50,477 nt of DNA from a virus (Duplodnaviria > Caudoviricetes), in the IMG/VR virus record IMGVR_UViG_3300020166_000003, positions 1 to 50,477 of that record. The stretch is one strand, 5' to 3'. The position numbers were made by a program, and so were the translations under genes. Below the pieces are notes generated by a model. That model searched no databases. It worked only from the letters and a program-made list of their open reading frames with translations, and had not been told where the DNA came from. Numbering within the stretch: position 1 is the first letter of the stretch; each line of letters opens with the position of its first letter. Positions 8,536 to 17,904 of the stretch are shown piece by piece.

Positions 8536-10554
8536 TTAGTTTCCTTGTTTTATTGTCATAAAGCCTGCCTCTCGCATAAGCTCTTTAAGCTCGGCTAATT
8601 TGATAGTGGCTGGATTAATACCTCGCTCCTTCAGGCGCTCAGTCACAAACTGTATATGAAGCTCTGGCGGATACCTATTGGCTCCTGTTTCGTTCAGTTC
8701 CTGTGCGTTCTTTATAAGAGCTTTGATAATGTCAGGATCTTTTATCTCGTACTTCTCATTGTCTTCGGGAGCCTTAGGTTCCTCGACAGGCAAAGGCTTT
8801 TGAATCATAGATTCCTCCTTAGAGAGCTTGCGTACATTACCGCTAGGCTTTTTAGCTGGAGGTTTACTTTCTGAATCCCCTGCTCGTCTAGCCGAAGGTA
8901 AGCTTTGCACTCCATAGCTTCCTAGTCCTGCTCTATACGGGTGCTCATCCGCAACAGCTGGAAGACCTCCATATTTCTCAACTTTTCTGGCTATAGTTTC
9001 CAAAAGCCCATACTTTCTCGGTAGGTAAGGTACGCCAGCCTGAGTAGCAATCTTTTGCGCGAGGGTGCCTGCTATTTCCTCGTCCCTATTAGGGTCTTCG
9101 GGGTGAGGGTCGCCCGTTAGAACTCGAAAAGTCTCAGGCACTTTATCAAACATGCTCTTGCTATCCATGTAATTTATTAACTTACTCACCTTATCTTTGC
9201 TCATATTGCTTACTAGTCTAGCTAGAATTGTCTTATCTGTAATAGCAATTAGAAGATCCTTCTCATAAGCCTTATACATTTCTGGATTAGAGTTTTCCCT
9301 AGGGTTGTTTATTTTTATTGTGTCCAAAGCCATCCAACTTAGTAGAGGATTTTCCGTAGCCCCATTGCCTATTAAACTAGTGCCCACGTCAGAATCTTCA
9401 TCTGTTATCCACTTTTCATTTTCTATATGGGAAGTCGCTGCTAGCTGATCGGCAAATTCTTTAGGGAGACCACGAGATCTTGTTAGTGTATAGGATAGGT
9501 TCACAGCAGGAGCCAGTGTATTCTTTGTAAAAGCCTCCGTTACAGCTTTATTTGCATTATTGCTTTCGCCTAAGCCTGCGTCCGTAAACTGCTTTAGATA
9601 TATCTCTCTCCCGTCATCACCAGTTGAGCCATAGATAACCGCTGCCATTTCATCTACCTGATCTTTTTTAGGTACAAAGGCTACGGCGGTTGGGTCTAAT
9701 GGGCTGTCGCCTAGGTTGCCACCCTTATTATCTGCATAGCCTATGAAGCTGCCATCGGCCCCGTTTATCACCACTTGTCGTGTAACGGTAGATACCTCTC
9801 CCGTCCTTCGGTCTACCTGCTTTACATCTCTAAGTTCTACTTTAGTATTCCTAGGCATTCCGTCAGGATAGAGCCTTGAGAGATTTGCCGCCGAGACCTT
9901 AGGGACTCCTACACCTTTAAGTTCTTCATAGGCCTCTAAGTACGGGTTGTACTTAGCCATTATAGCTTCTAAGTCATCGTCGTCGTTCCCTGTTACTAGA
10001 CCTGTAAGCCATGAGCCTACAGTACTGGGCTTTAATTTTCTTAGTTCAGTCTCATAGAAATTAGGATCGCCGCCTGAAAGAGTCTCAATATTCCCTGCAA
10101 CTTTTAGTCTCTGAGCTAAAAGGGATTCGCGCTCCTCAGCTATCCTCCGAGCGACTGGACTTATCTGAGCCTCTATCATATCTAAGTCAACGCCCACACC
10201 ATCAGCATCAAAAGCAGCACCCGCGTTTTCTAAAATCTCCTGCTTGGCTTGGTTGAAATAATAATCAGGATCTTTTTGAAGCTTCTCCAAGGCCGCGTTA
10301 TCCCTAGAAATATCCTGCATAACACCGTTAATTTTAAGTCTGTTGCTAAGGTTAAATTCATTATTGACAAACTTATCCGCACGATCTCTCAAAACCGCAT
10401 TGCCGATGTGACCTCCTATAGACGCCAAAGCTTGGTATTTCTGCGCCCTTTTCTTCCTGTTCCTAAGAACCTTGTTGCGCTCTTTCGTCTGAGCCATTAA
10501 GGAATTGGCTAACTTGTCAATCCCTTCTGTCTGTGCACCATAATCAATAGCCAT
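8536..10554 (-). CDS. Putative internal virion protein, 672 aa
   Basis: Position within ejection-protein block; no recognisable motif. Confidence 0.55.
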   Translation of the reverse strand: MAIDYGAQTEGIDKLANSLMAQTKERNKVLRNRKKRAQKYQALASIGGHIGNAVLRDRADKFVNNEFNLSNRLKINGVMQDISRDNAALEKLQKDPDYYFNQAKQEILENAGAAFDADGVGVDLDMIEAQISPVARRIAEERESLLAQRLKVAGNIETLSGGDPNFYETELRKLKPSTVGSWLTGLVTGNDDDDLEAIMAKYNPYLEAYEELKGVGVPKVSAANLSRLYPDGMPRNTKVELRDVKQVDRRTGEVSTVTRQVVINGADGSFIGYADNKGGNLGDSPLDPTAVAFVPKKDQVDEMAAVIYGSTGDDGREIYLKQFTDAGLGESNNANKAVTEAFTKNTLAPAVNLSYTLTRSRGLPKEFADQLAATSHIENEKWITDEDSDVGTSLIGNGATENPLLSWMALDTIKINNPRENSNPEMYKAYEKDLLIAITDKTILARLVSNMSKDKVSKLINYMDSKSMFDKVPETFRVLTGDPHPEDPNRDEEIAGTLAQKIATQAGVPYLPRKYGLLETIARKVEKYGGLPAVADEHPYRAGLGSYGVQSLPSARRAGDSESKPPAKKPSGNVRKLSKEESMIQKPLPVEEPKAPEDNEKYEIKDPDIIKALIKNAQELNETGANRYPPELHIQFVTERLKERGINPATIKLAELKELMREAGFMTIKQGN

Positions 10555-10555
10555 C

Positions 10556-11155
10556 TTATTGCTCCTCAGTAGGGTCTAGTAAGCTCTCGGGGCTAGCTTC
10601 GGGTTTAGTAATCATACTTTCTATTTCTTCTTTCATGGGAAGCGCGTTAACCTTTTGTTTAAGCTCGTCCGTCAGCTTGCCTCCTGTAGGCATAGTAGTA
10701 AACTGCTTACTTCTACGCTGTAGTGCCTTGAGTTGGACTTCTTGGTTCTCGGCTACAACACCGTCCTCGTCGTCCTCATCATCGTCTTCTTCACCGTCAT
10801 AGATCTTAGCCTCAATGCCTGCCCTTTCAGCAAGAGCAAGAATCATATAGGCTACAGGCTCCCCTAATAGGAGCATGAGGTCAGGAGTCCAAAGGCCTTT
10901 AGCAAACCCAGAGAACGTAACAACTTGGACTATCTCCATAACTGTGCGCCCGTTCATCAACTCGCCCATGAGCTGAACGTAAGTTTCCTCGTCTAGCAAG
11001 TTCCCAAAGATATACTCCGAGGCCTCATGGAGGGAAACAAATTGAGGAGGGGACTCAAAAGGCCTTGGGTTGTCAGGGTCTGCCGTAAGGCTCTGGCCTG
11101 GAATTGCCCGTGGTGCTTCTGTAAGCTGCTTTAAGTATTTAGGATCTTGTTCCAT
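10556..11155 (-). CDS. Hypothetical virion-module protein, 199 aa
   Basis: Coupled ORF; IPGQSLT..P..PRPFESPPQF N-terminus and acidic patch. Confidence 0.65.
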   Translation of the reverse strand: MEQDPKYLKQLTEAPRAIPGQSLTADPDNPRPFESPPQFVSLHEASEYIFGNLLDEETYVQLMGELMNGRTVMEIVQVVTFSGFAKGLWTPDLMLLLGEPVAYMILALAERAGIEAKIYDGEEDDDEDDEDGVVAENQEVQLKALQRRSKQFTTMPTGGKLTDELKQKVNALPMKEEIESMITKPEASPESLLDPTEEQ

Positions 11156-11162
11156 TTTTATA

Positions 11163-12215
11163 TTATCCGTAAGAGGGGTTAGACATTCTGGCTAGCTGGT
11201 CTTGATACATGTTATACACCTGCGCTCCCTGCCCATAAGGGTTAGAGTTCATGTAGCTAATAGCCGACTGAGGTACATAAGTCTGTAAGGGCTGGCCTGT
11301 CACCGCCGTGTAGCCTTCGCGTTGATTAGATAGGCCGTTCATAAAACTTTGGTAGTCAGCTTCAAATTGACCATAGGGCTGCTGCTCAGATTCCTGTCCC
11401 GAAGAGCCTGCAAGGGCTTTCATTCCTTCCTCTAAAATAACTTTAGGAGCGTTAGATGCCATCTTCTCTAAGGTTTCTTTACCTAGTTCCTTGGCTGAAG
11501 ATACGAATTTATCCTTAAGCCCTCCTAATAATGTAGACTTAGCTGTAGGGGCCAGAAGAGACTCGCCTGCTGCCTTGGTAGCCGCCTGAGAAACCGCGCC
11601 TCCTGTAGATGATACGTTAATAGTGTTCATAGGGGCCATAGTTTCTAGTGTAGCGACTGACTGCCCCGCGCCCACAAGCTTACTCGCAACGTCAGTAGTC
11701 CAGTTATATGTCTTAGTATTAAAAATATCTGCCACCGCAGAACCCGCTGACTTTACATTAGTCATTAGGTCTCCAAAGGCTTTGCCGAATGTTTTATCAG
11801 CCACTGCAGGCATATTGAAGCCTAGCTTGTTAGCTGCCGCGCCTGCGAAATCTCCTATGAACTTAGAAACTCCACTGGTTATAGTTTTAAAAGCTGTGCC
11901 TACTTTAGATCCAAACTGTGCCGCAAGGTTAATAACTTTAGTTCCTGTGTTTACTACAGCTGTTAGGAACTTAGAACCCGCAGCGGCTCCCTTTATAAAA
12001 GTACCTACTGCCGTAGAGACTGTCCCCATCGCTGCTCCAAGGGCGGCTCCTAAATAAGGCATGGCGATCATCAAGCCTATCTGGCCTACAATCCCCAGCT
12101 TATTAATCGCTGTGCCTACCTTCTTTACTATTTTCTTAATACCCTTACCTATCTTTTTAAACACTTTACCAATGGTGCCTTTCCATACTTTCTTTAATTT
12201 GCTAAATAATCCCAT
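11163..12215 (-). CDS. Putative ejection protein with cationic amphipathic N-terminus
   Basis: MGLFSKLKKVWKGTIGKVFKKIGKGIKKIVKK followed by Gly/Ala hydrophobic stretch. Confidence 0.6.
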   Translation of the reverse strand: MGLFSKLKKVWKGTIGKVFKKIGKGIKKIVKKVGTAINKLGIVGQIGLMIAMPYLGAALGAAMGTVSTAVGTFIKGAAAGSKFLTAVVNTGTKVINLAAQFGSKVGTAFKTITSGVSKFIGDFAGAAANKLGFNMPAVADKTFGKAFGDLMTNVKSAGSAVADIFNTKTYNWTTDVASKLVGAGQSVATLETMAPMNTINVSSTGGAVSQAATKAAGESLLAPTAKSTLLGGLKDKFVSSAKELGKETLEKMASNAPKVILEEGMKALAGSSGQESEQQPYGQFEADYQSFMNGLSNQREGYTAVTGQPLQTYVPQSAISYMNSNPYGQGAQVYNMYQDQLARMSNPSYG

Positions 12216-12219
12216 AATA

Positions 12220-14610
12220 TTATCCTAATAACCTGTTTATAATGTCCATAAAATCCGTAGTACTACCGCCACCAGCATCACTTTCGTTCTGCATAGAAGC
12301 TGAGTACAGGGATACCTTCCTGTCTTGCTCGTTCTCGTAAGATCTAAAAGCCCTATCGGCTTCGTCTCTCGCTGACTGCCACACAAATCCCATTTCTCCC
12401 ATTTTCATATTGAACGCATTAGCCGCGTTAAACTGGTTAGTCTGATTAATTGCCGCTGTGTTCATCGTATTAACATTTCGTCTCCAAGTAACGTCAGCCT
12501 GCATTACTGCCTGCTTATTAGCTGCGTTCCACTGCTCCCTTTGCTGATCCAGAGTAGCGTTGAATTGCCTAATCTTATTCTTCATCTCAGCGTTGGACAG
12601 ACTTACTTGTGTCTTGTTGTTAGAATTCTGAGCATTTATTTTGTTTTGTTCGGAAGCCGCAAACTGAGACATAGCATTAGTTTGAGTAGCATTGTACTGA
12701 TCTATCTGCGCCGCAAGGCTAGCCATAAACTGATTGGTCTGGTTCTCGCTTGCTGAGTTAAACTGCCTAGCCGCGTTTGTTGCCGACTGGTTAGCCAACA
12801 ATGTTTGCTGAGTGGCTTGTTGGTTAAGTACCGCCATCTGTTGCTCGTTGCTAAGATTAGTCATGTCCATCTGTAAGAAAGCCTGAGCGTTCTGTACAGC
12901 CAGTTTAGTATTAGCATCTAAGTTTGCCATGTCCATAGAGGCCAGCGCCGTAGCATTTTGAATAATGCTTTGCTGCTTTGCCGAGAACTCTGTTGCGGTC
13001 ATGGACTGTGAGAACTGACTATTAGCTAAGGCTGTCTGCTGCGCCGCACTAAACTTAGTTAAGTCTATGTTCCCCTTAAGCCCTGCATTCTGTAGTGCGG
13101 TCTGCTGGCGGTTAGATAGATTACTTACCTTTAGCTGGTGCTCAAAGTCAGCAGTAGCCATATTAGCTTGCTGCTGATTAGCTAGGTTTTGATTAGCCCT
13201 GTTGCTTAATATTTGTGCGTTGCTCTGAGCAATAGGTAGAGCACTCTGTATAATCGCATTATACATAGAGTCCCTAGCTACTGAAGAAACATTAATTCCT
13301 CTTGCTGCTAATTTTTGGTTGATGGCATCTACCGCAGGACGTGCCCACTTAGGGATTGTCCCGTTATCCATTTCACTAATTAGGTTCTCCATCTGCGTAG
13401 ACATCAAAGCTTCTACAGGCATTTCAGCCATAGCAGCTTGAGCTTCTACAGATTGATTATCTACTTGAGCTTCTGCCTCAGACTCTAAAGATGCTATGAA
13501 CTCTGGAGTTTCTGCCAACGATGCCATCTCCGCAGCAACATCACGTTCCGCTACGTCCGCTAAAGCCGTTAGAGTTTCTTCGTCTCTCTCGGCAGTTGAA
13601 CCCTCGCTAAGCTCTCCTTGTGCTGCCGTCCCTTGGGCCGCTTGGTCTACTTGTGCTCCTTCATACTGAGAAGCAGTTACGTCTCCTGCACCAGCAGCTA
13701 ACGCCGTTTCACCTATAGTTGCAGCGGTGGCGTCATACGCTTCGGCTTGCTTGGCCTTGACATTCTTAGTATTACGCATACTAACGATTTTGCTGGGGTC
13801 TCCTTCCTCTACCATTTCTATCTTTTTAGGATCTATGTAGTAAGAAGAACCGCCCCCGCTATGCCCTCCGCCGCCGACGCCATGCCCTCCGCCGCCATGT
13901 GAGGGGGCATTATTAGGTTTAGGAGGAGGAGCTGCACGCCCCCCGAAACCATGCTGAGCGTCTATAGCCTTTCTAGTTTCTGGGTCTGCCGCGTTCCAAG
14001 CTCTTATGTAATTGTCATAAGCTTCACGGTCACCACGCGCTCCCGTGTTTCTAGCCTTTCCATCCAAGTGATCGAAAGCTAAGTTGTTGTTCCAGTGCCC
14101 AAAATCTACAGGGGAATCCGCGTAGTTTGTAGGGGGAGGATCAGCTTGATTATTGGCTGTAGGTGGAGGCGATATTCCACCGTTACCCCTAGGCGGAGTG
14201 TTGTTAGGCCTAGGGTCTGGCCTAGACGGGAAATAAGGCAAACCCGATAGTCCACCGTCACCCTTAGACGGAGTCGGAGTGTTGTTAGGCCTAGGGTCTG
14301 GGCTAGACGGGAAATAAGGCAAACCCGATAAGTCATTATGAGCTGTAGCTGTAATGCCTGAGGTGTCTGCTAGAGTCCCCGCCATGCCGTTGCCTGACAA
14401 GGTCATACCCGAGTTATCCGTTAGAGTCCCCGCCATGCCGTTGCCTGACAAGGTCATACCCGAGTTATCCGTTAGAGTCCCCGCCATGCCATTGCCTGAC
14501 AAGGTCATACCCGAGTTATCCGTTTGAGTCCCCGCCGTGCTTGAACCTAGAGACACTAAAGGCTTCCCAGCCTTGTTTTTGAGGTCGTATAAATTTATCT
14601 TGCTTGCCAT
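12220..14610 (-). CDS. Putative DNA-ejection/pilot-like protein, 796 aa
   Basis: Long Gln/Asn/Ala-rich helical repeats in C-terminal half; low-complexity repeated N-terminus. Confidence 0.6.
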   Translation of the reverse strand: MASKINLYDLKNKAGKPLVSLGSSTAGTQTDNSGMTLSGNGMAGTLTDNSGMTLSGNGMAGTLTDNSGMTLSGNGMAGTLADTSGITATAHNDLSGLPYFPSSPDPRPNNTPTPSKGDGGLSGLPYFPSRPDPRPNNTPPRGNGGISPPPTANNQADPPPTNYADSPVDFGHWNNNLAFDHLDGKARNTGARGDREAYDNYIRAWNAADPETRKAIDAQHGFGGRAAPPPKPNNAPSHGGGGHGVGGGGHSGGGSSYYIDPKKIEMVEEGDPSKIVSMRNTKNVKAKQAEAYDATAATIGETALAAGAGDVTASQYEGAQVDQAAQGTAAQGELSEGSTAERDEETLTALADVAERDVAAEMASLAETPEFIASLESEAEAQVDNQSVEAQAAMAEMPVEALMSTQMENLISEMDNGTIPKWARPAVDAINQKLAARGINVSSVARDSMYNAIIQSALPIAQSNAQILSNRANQNLANQQQANMATADFEHQLKVSNLSNRQQTALQNAGLKGNIDLTKFSAAQQTALANSQFSQSMTATEFSAKQQSIIQNATALASMDMANLDANTKLAVQNAQAFLQMDMTNLSNEQQMAVLNQQATQQTLLANQSATNAARQFNSASENQTNQFMASLAAQIDQYNATQTNAMSQFAASEQNKINAQNSNNKTQVSLSNAEMKNKIRQFNATLDQQREQWNAANKQAVMQADVTWRRNVNTMNTAAINQTNQFNAANAFNMKMGEMGFVWQSARDEADRAFRSYENEQDRKVSLYSASMQNESDAGGGSTTDFMDIINRLLG
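14194..14330. repeat. Two 56-bp direct repeats (14194-14249, 14275-14330) encoding LSGLPYFPSxPDPRPNNTP
   Basis: Near-identical copies, period 81 bp. Confidence 0.9.
14371..14536. repeat. 51-bp tandem repeat, about 3.25 copies (AGTLTDNSGMTLSGNGM)
   Basis: Units begin at 14371, 14422, 14473, partial at 14524; near-identical DNA. Confidence 0.95.
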
Positions 14611-14777
14611 AATTTTCTCTTAGGTTTCTTAATACGTTTAATACATTGATCAACTGCTGTAGAGCTACATCCTAATTTCTTAGCTGCTTTACGGTTAGAT
14701 CCTTTTTCTAGTACTGCTTCTAATATTTGGGTCTGTTTGTTTGATTCACAATATTCTAAATAATGAGATGTAATCAT
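14595..14777 (-). CDS. Small helix-turn-helix protein
   Basis: QTQILEAV...SNRKAAKKLGCSSTAVDQCIKRIKK HTH pattern; AAGGA RBS upstream. Confidence 0.7.
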   Translation of the reverse strand: MITSHYLEYCESNKQTQILEAVLEKGSNRKAAKKLGCSSTAVDQCIKRIKKPKRKLWQAR

Positions 14778-14792
14778 AGGATTCCTTGTGGG

Positions 14793-14924
14793 TTAAGCGT
14801 CTTCACTCTCATCTGTTTCAAGAGTCTTTTTAGGTTTTGGCTTTACTCTATCATACACATACATAATACCGTTGTATGCAAGGGCTATCCCTACTAAAGC
14901 TAGTTCTTTTAATGTTACTTCCAT
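14793..14924 (-). CDS. Small membrane-anchored protein, 43 aa (MEVTLKELALVGIALAYNGIMYVY...)
   Basis: Hand-translated; fills gap between coupled genes. Confidence 0.55.
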   Translation of the reverse strand: MEVTLKELALVGIALAYNGIMYVYDRVKPKPKKTLETDESEDA

Positions 14925-14927
14925 ACT

Positions 14928-16316
14928 TTATTTTACTTTTATAAACCACACGTTAGTACGCTTCTTAGGAGAGCCTTGCTCCTTAGCTCGGTTACCGTCC
15001 CGTATTATATAAGAAGCCATTATTCCAATTACATCACCACTTTGTATGGAATAACTTGCCTTAGCTGCTCCGTGTACCATCCGAGTAGTATTAGTCCTTA
15101 GGTACTCAAAAGGTAACCCTTTGGTTTTGCCGTCTTCAACATAGAAGATAGTAATATTAGCGTTAACATTTATGGTCTGCCCCATATGCTTAGCATCAAC
15201 ACCGGGCCATACATTTTTTTCTGTATGGTTAATACTAGATACTCCTGAGTAGTTAGCCGACATAGACGCAGATATAACTTTAGATGTTTCACGGTACTTC
15301 AAAGGATTTATAAATCCCTGCATATCTACTGAAGCTAAATTGAAATCCGCTTTAGTAATAGGTGCTCTTTTTGGTGGAGGGGGAGGCGCAGTAGTCTGTA
15401 TTAGAGTTTCTTTTGCACCTATGGCAATACGATCTTTGCAAATATCCATGCCATGTTGGATGCCGTTAAATATCCGCGCTATGTCCTTTTCAAAACCTAA
15501 ATCTTTAGCTACACAAAGAACGTCAGCAATTCTCAATACTCCAGTGTTGTCTTTAATTCCAGCGTTTAACTCTTGATTGCGCTTTAGAATTTCAGGGCTA
15601 TTGGCTAAATCCCACGCCTTGAGGGGTCTATTACGATTAATCCATGTGTGCGTGTCTTGGTAAGGTGCGGGTAAGTTACTGCGGGTTATCAGTGTGTAGT
15701 ACTCAGTGACAGCTCCAGACTTATCCTGTAGTCGGTCTAATACATATTTAGCCGCACTGGGGTTTATAGTCTCGTTCCATGTATGCTCTAGCAGTCGAGG
15801 TAGTTTGATATTATGGATATGGCATCCATCTTTGAAAGCCCTTGCAACATCACCCGCAGGAGATCCGAGATAGATTTTAAATACGCCCTTTTTGCTTTCT
15901 GCGACAATCGCATCGCTTAATTCAGACTTTGCGCCTAAGTAAGTCGGTGCGCCTTCTAATACAGGGATGTTGAGACATAACTCTTTTATAGCGTCGATGG
16001 TGGGCTGTTTATTTACCCCATGCTCACCACACGACACACCAATAAAAGCGGGTTTAGTACCTGTCTCGGATATTAGTAAATACAATTGCGCTTGAACGTC
16101 CTGCGCTCCATTAGTCTCACGGCCTGCCGCGACTTCTGGCGTACATTCATCAATGATGCAATAGTTGCCCACTGGTAAATCGGCAATTGATGGGCGAGGA
16201 ATGAGTACGGTTTCTTCCTTCTTCTTTTTGGCTTCCGCATCTTTCTTGCGGTTCTGTGTGAACGCCCATAGTGCTGCTACAACCACTAAACCTATAAGGA
16301 TATTTTCAATACTCAT
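14928..16316 (-). CDS. Membrane-anchored protein with nucleoside-hydrolase-like fold, 462 aa
   Basis: N-terminal TM helix; IIDEC...QDVQAQLYLL...FIGVS...IPVLEGA...SDAIV...LGSPAGDVARA follows the IUNH-family motif order. Confidence 0.45.
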   Translation of the reverse strand: MSIENILIGLVVVAALWAFTQNRKKDAEAKKKKEETVLIPRPSIADLPVGNYCIIDECTPEVAAGRETNGAQDVQAQLYLLISETGTKPAFIGVSCGEHGVNKQPTIDAIKELCLNIPVLEGAPTYLGAKSELSDAIVAESKKGVFKIYLGSPAGDVARAFKDGCHIHNIKLPRLLEHTWNETINPSAAKYVLDRLQDKSGAVTEYYTLITRSNLPAPYQDTHTWINRNRPLKAWDLANSPEILKRNQELNAGIKDNTGVLRIADVLCVAKDLGFEKDIARIFNGIQHGMDICKDRIAIGAKETLIQTTAPPPPPKRAPITKADFNLASVDMQGFINPLKYRETSKVISASMSANYSGVSSINHTEKNVWPGVDAKHMGQTINVNANITIFYVEDGKTKGLPFEYLRTNTTRMVHGAAKASYSIQSGDVIGIMASYIIRDGNRAKEQGSPKKRTNVWFIKVK

Positions 16317-16552
16317 TTAAACTCTCCGATACACTCTCTGGCGCGTTCATATCTACGGCTAAAGATTAGAGCCTCTTCGGTTCTTACTCTTGCCGCTTCG
16401 TAGTAGTCTTCTTTAGTGGCTAAAGGTTTTGGCGGTACGTTCAATTTGACTAGAACCATCTCGTGCCCGAAGCACTGATCAGCTAGCTTGTAGTCCGTTG
16501 TGACACAACTACTGGTTAATAAAATCATTGTTAGGATCATTAACAATCGCAT
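16313..16552 (-). CDS. Putative o-spanin (lipoprotein)
   Basis: Signal peptide with lipobox-like LTSS-C; overlaps 3' end of i-spanin candidate. Confidence 0.65.
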   Translation of the reverse strand: MRLLMILTMILLTSSCVTTDYKLADQCFGHEMVLVKLNVPPKPLATKEDYYEAARVRTEEALIFSRRYERARECIGEFK

Positions 16553-16772
16553 CTACCGCCTCCTTTTTAATTTCACTTTCGTCTACTGCGTCTTGCTCCC
16601 GCCGTTCAACGGTAGCCTCTATCTGGTCTTCAAGTTTTTTATCTTCCTTGTAGTCCTTGTACTCAGACTTAACTCGGCTAAGTCCCATGTAGGCCGCTAA
16701 GCCCGCAATGGCTAGAGCCAGTCCGTTGTTCCATAGTGTATCCAGAAAGAATGTTTTTAGTATGTTAAGCAT
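16509..16772 (-). CDS. Putative i-spanin, 87 aa (start revised to MLNILKTFF at 16772)
   Basis: One TM helix then charged coiled coil; TAATG coupling to upstream stop. Confidence 0.6.
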   Translation of the reverse strand: MLNILKTFFLDTLWNNGLALAIAGLAAYMGLSRVKSEYKDYKEDKKLEDQIEATVERREQDAVDESEIKKEAVDAIVNDPNNDFINQ

Positions 16773-16981
16773 TATAGTTTCTTCGCTGCGTTTAAGGCAA
16801 ATAGATGTGCAATCCCCGCAAGGTTTACAAGAGCCTCTAATCTGTTCTCGGGCATGATGTAAGTGATAAGCACCATAATGGCTAGGGTGGCCCATGTCTT
16901 ACTCCCCGCCCAATAGTTAATGTCGTAGTGCTTTAAGGTTTTAAGGGTTTTAGCTCCCCATGCTTTGACTTGCTCTTTCAT
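16772..16981 (-). CDS. Small two-TM protein, holin/antiholin candidate
   Basis: Two hydrophobic segments, basic termini, located in lysis cluster. Confidence 0.5.
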   Translation of the reverse strand: MKEQVKAWGAKTLKTLKHYDINYWAGSKTWATLAIMVLITYIMPENRLEALVNLAGIAHLFALNAAKKL

Positions 16982-17103
16982 TCTTGTTCCTCTTGTAAAA
17001 CTTCAATGTAAACTAATGCGCCCCATACCGCCGCTAAGATCAGCCCTATTGTCCCCACTAGAATAAGCAGTCCGTAGCCTAATAGAGTAAGGGCAGGCTT
17101 CAC
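16978..17103 (-). CDS. Small single-TM protein, 41 aa (GTG start; MKPALTLLGYGLLILVGTIGLILAAVWGALVYIEVLQEEQE)
   Basis: Hand-translated; GTGA and ATGA overlaps with both neighbours. Confidence 0.6.
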   Translation of the reverse strand: MKPALTLLGYGLLILVGTIGLILAAVWGALVYIEVLQEEQE

Positions 17104-17702
17104 CTGATGAGGTTTCTTATCTTTCGTGCTGCTAGTTTTGCGTTGAATAAAGTTCCAGCGTCCATATTGTCACTGGTCGTTGCCTGTGTAATAAATATAA
17201 TGCTGTTGCCCCTTATGCCCACTAGAGAAATTAGTGAGTGCTTAACTTCTTCTTCTTTGGAGTTGTAAATATCTCTCAGTAAGCAGGGGGGCATTTCAGA
17301 AACATTCAAGAGTACATGGTCTTCTTTGAGCAAGTCTCTGAGCATGTAAATGTAGTGGCTGTCCACATGCATTTCTGAGTATTTTTCTTTGATTTCATCT
17401 GCCGATAAGTGTCCGTCGCTTGCCCGTGTTCTTGGTTGAATAACATCAACATAGTACGGCTTGTCTGGGCTTGGCTGCCCTCCACAGTTGTGGCCCTCAA
17501 ACATAATGGCTCTCTCTACGCCACTATCAGGATCAGAGACCTGATGCTCAAGGATAGCCATGCCCTCTGCCAGCCGACCCAAGTTTTGATACATGCGCCC
17601 TTTAGCCCCAAAGGCAAGTCTGCCTTTAGATATTAGAGCAACAACGATAGCTGAGAAAGCCGCAATGACCCCGCCCCATAATTCTACAGTATACTTTTCC
17701 AT
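17100..17702 (-). CDS. Single-TM protein with soluble C-terminal domain; T4 gpT-type holin candidate
   Basis: N-terminal TM helix plus about 170 aa alpha/beta domain (RAIMFEGHNCGG), first gene of lysis cluster. Confidence 0.45.
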   Translation of the reverse strand: MEKYTVELWGGVIAAFSAIVVALISKGRLAFGAKGRMYQNLGRLAEGMAILEHQVSDPDSGVERAIMFEGHNCGGQPSPDKPYYVDVIQPRTRASDGHLSADEIKEKYSEMHVDSHYIYMLRDLLKEDHVLLNVSEMPPCLLRDIYNSKEEEVKHSLISLVGIRGNSIIFITQATTSDNMDAGTLFNAKLAARKIRNLIR

Positions 17703-17727
17703 TATTAAATCTCTTGAGGGATTGTCA

Positions 17728-17904
17728 CTATCTAACCCTCTCTAAATTAATTTCAGATCGTGAAAGCACCGCAGATATTTCAGTAAGCCCCCTGTCAGAA
17801 GCAAGCGGAGGATTGTTTATCCCTGCCCCAGTAACCTCAACAGCCGCTACGACCCAAGTTATGTTTTTTAGCAGTATTGCTGCTAACCCCGATTCTGCTG
17901 GCAT
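17728..17904 (-). CDS. Possible small protein, 58 aa (MPAESGLAAILLKNITW...)
   Basis: Hand-translated; TAATG overlap with fiber stop. Confidence 0.35.
   Translation of the reverse strand: MPAESGLAAILLKNITWVVAAVEVTGAGINNPPLASDRGLTEISAVLSRSEINLERVR

Noticed and set aside
14371-14536. CRISPR-like array
   Set aside because: Head-to-tail in-frame coding repeats with no unique spacers
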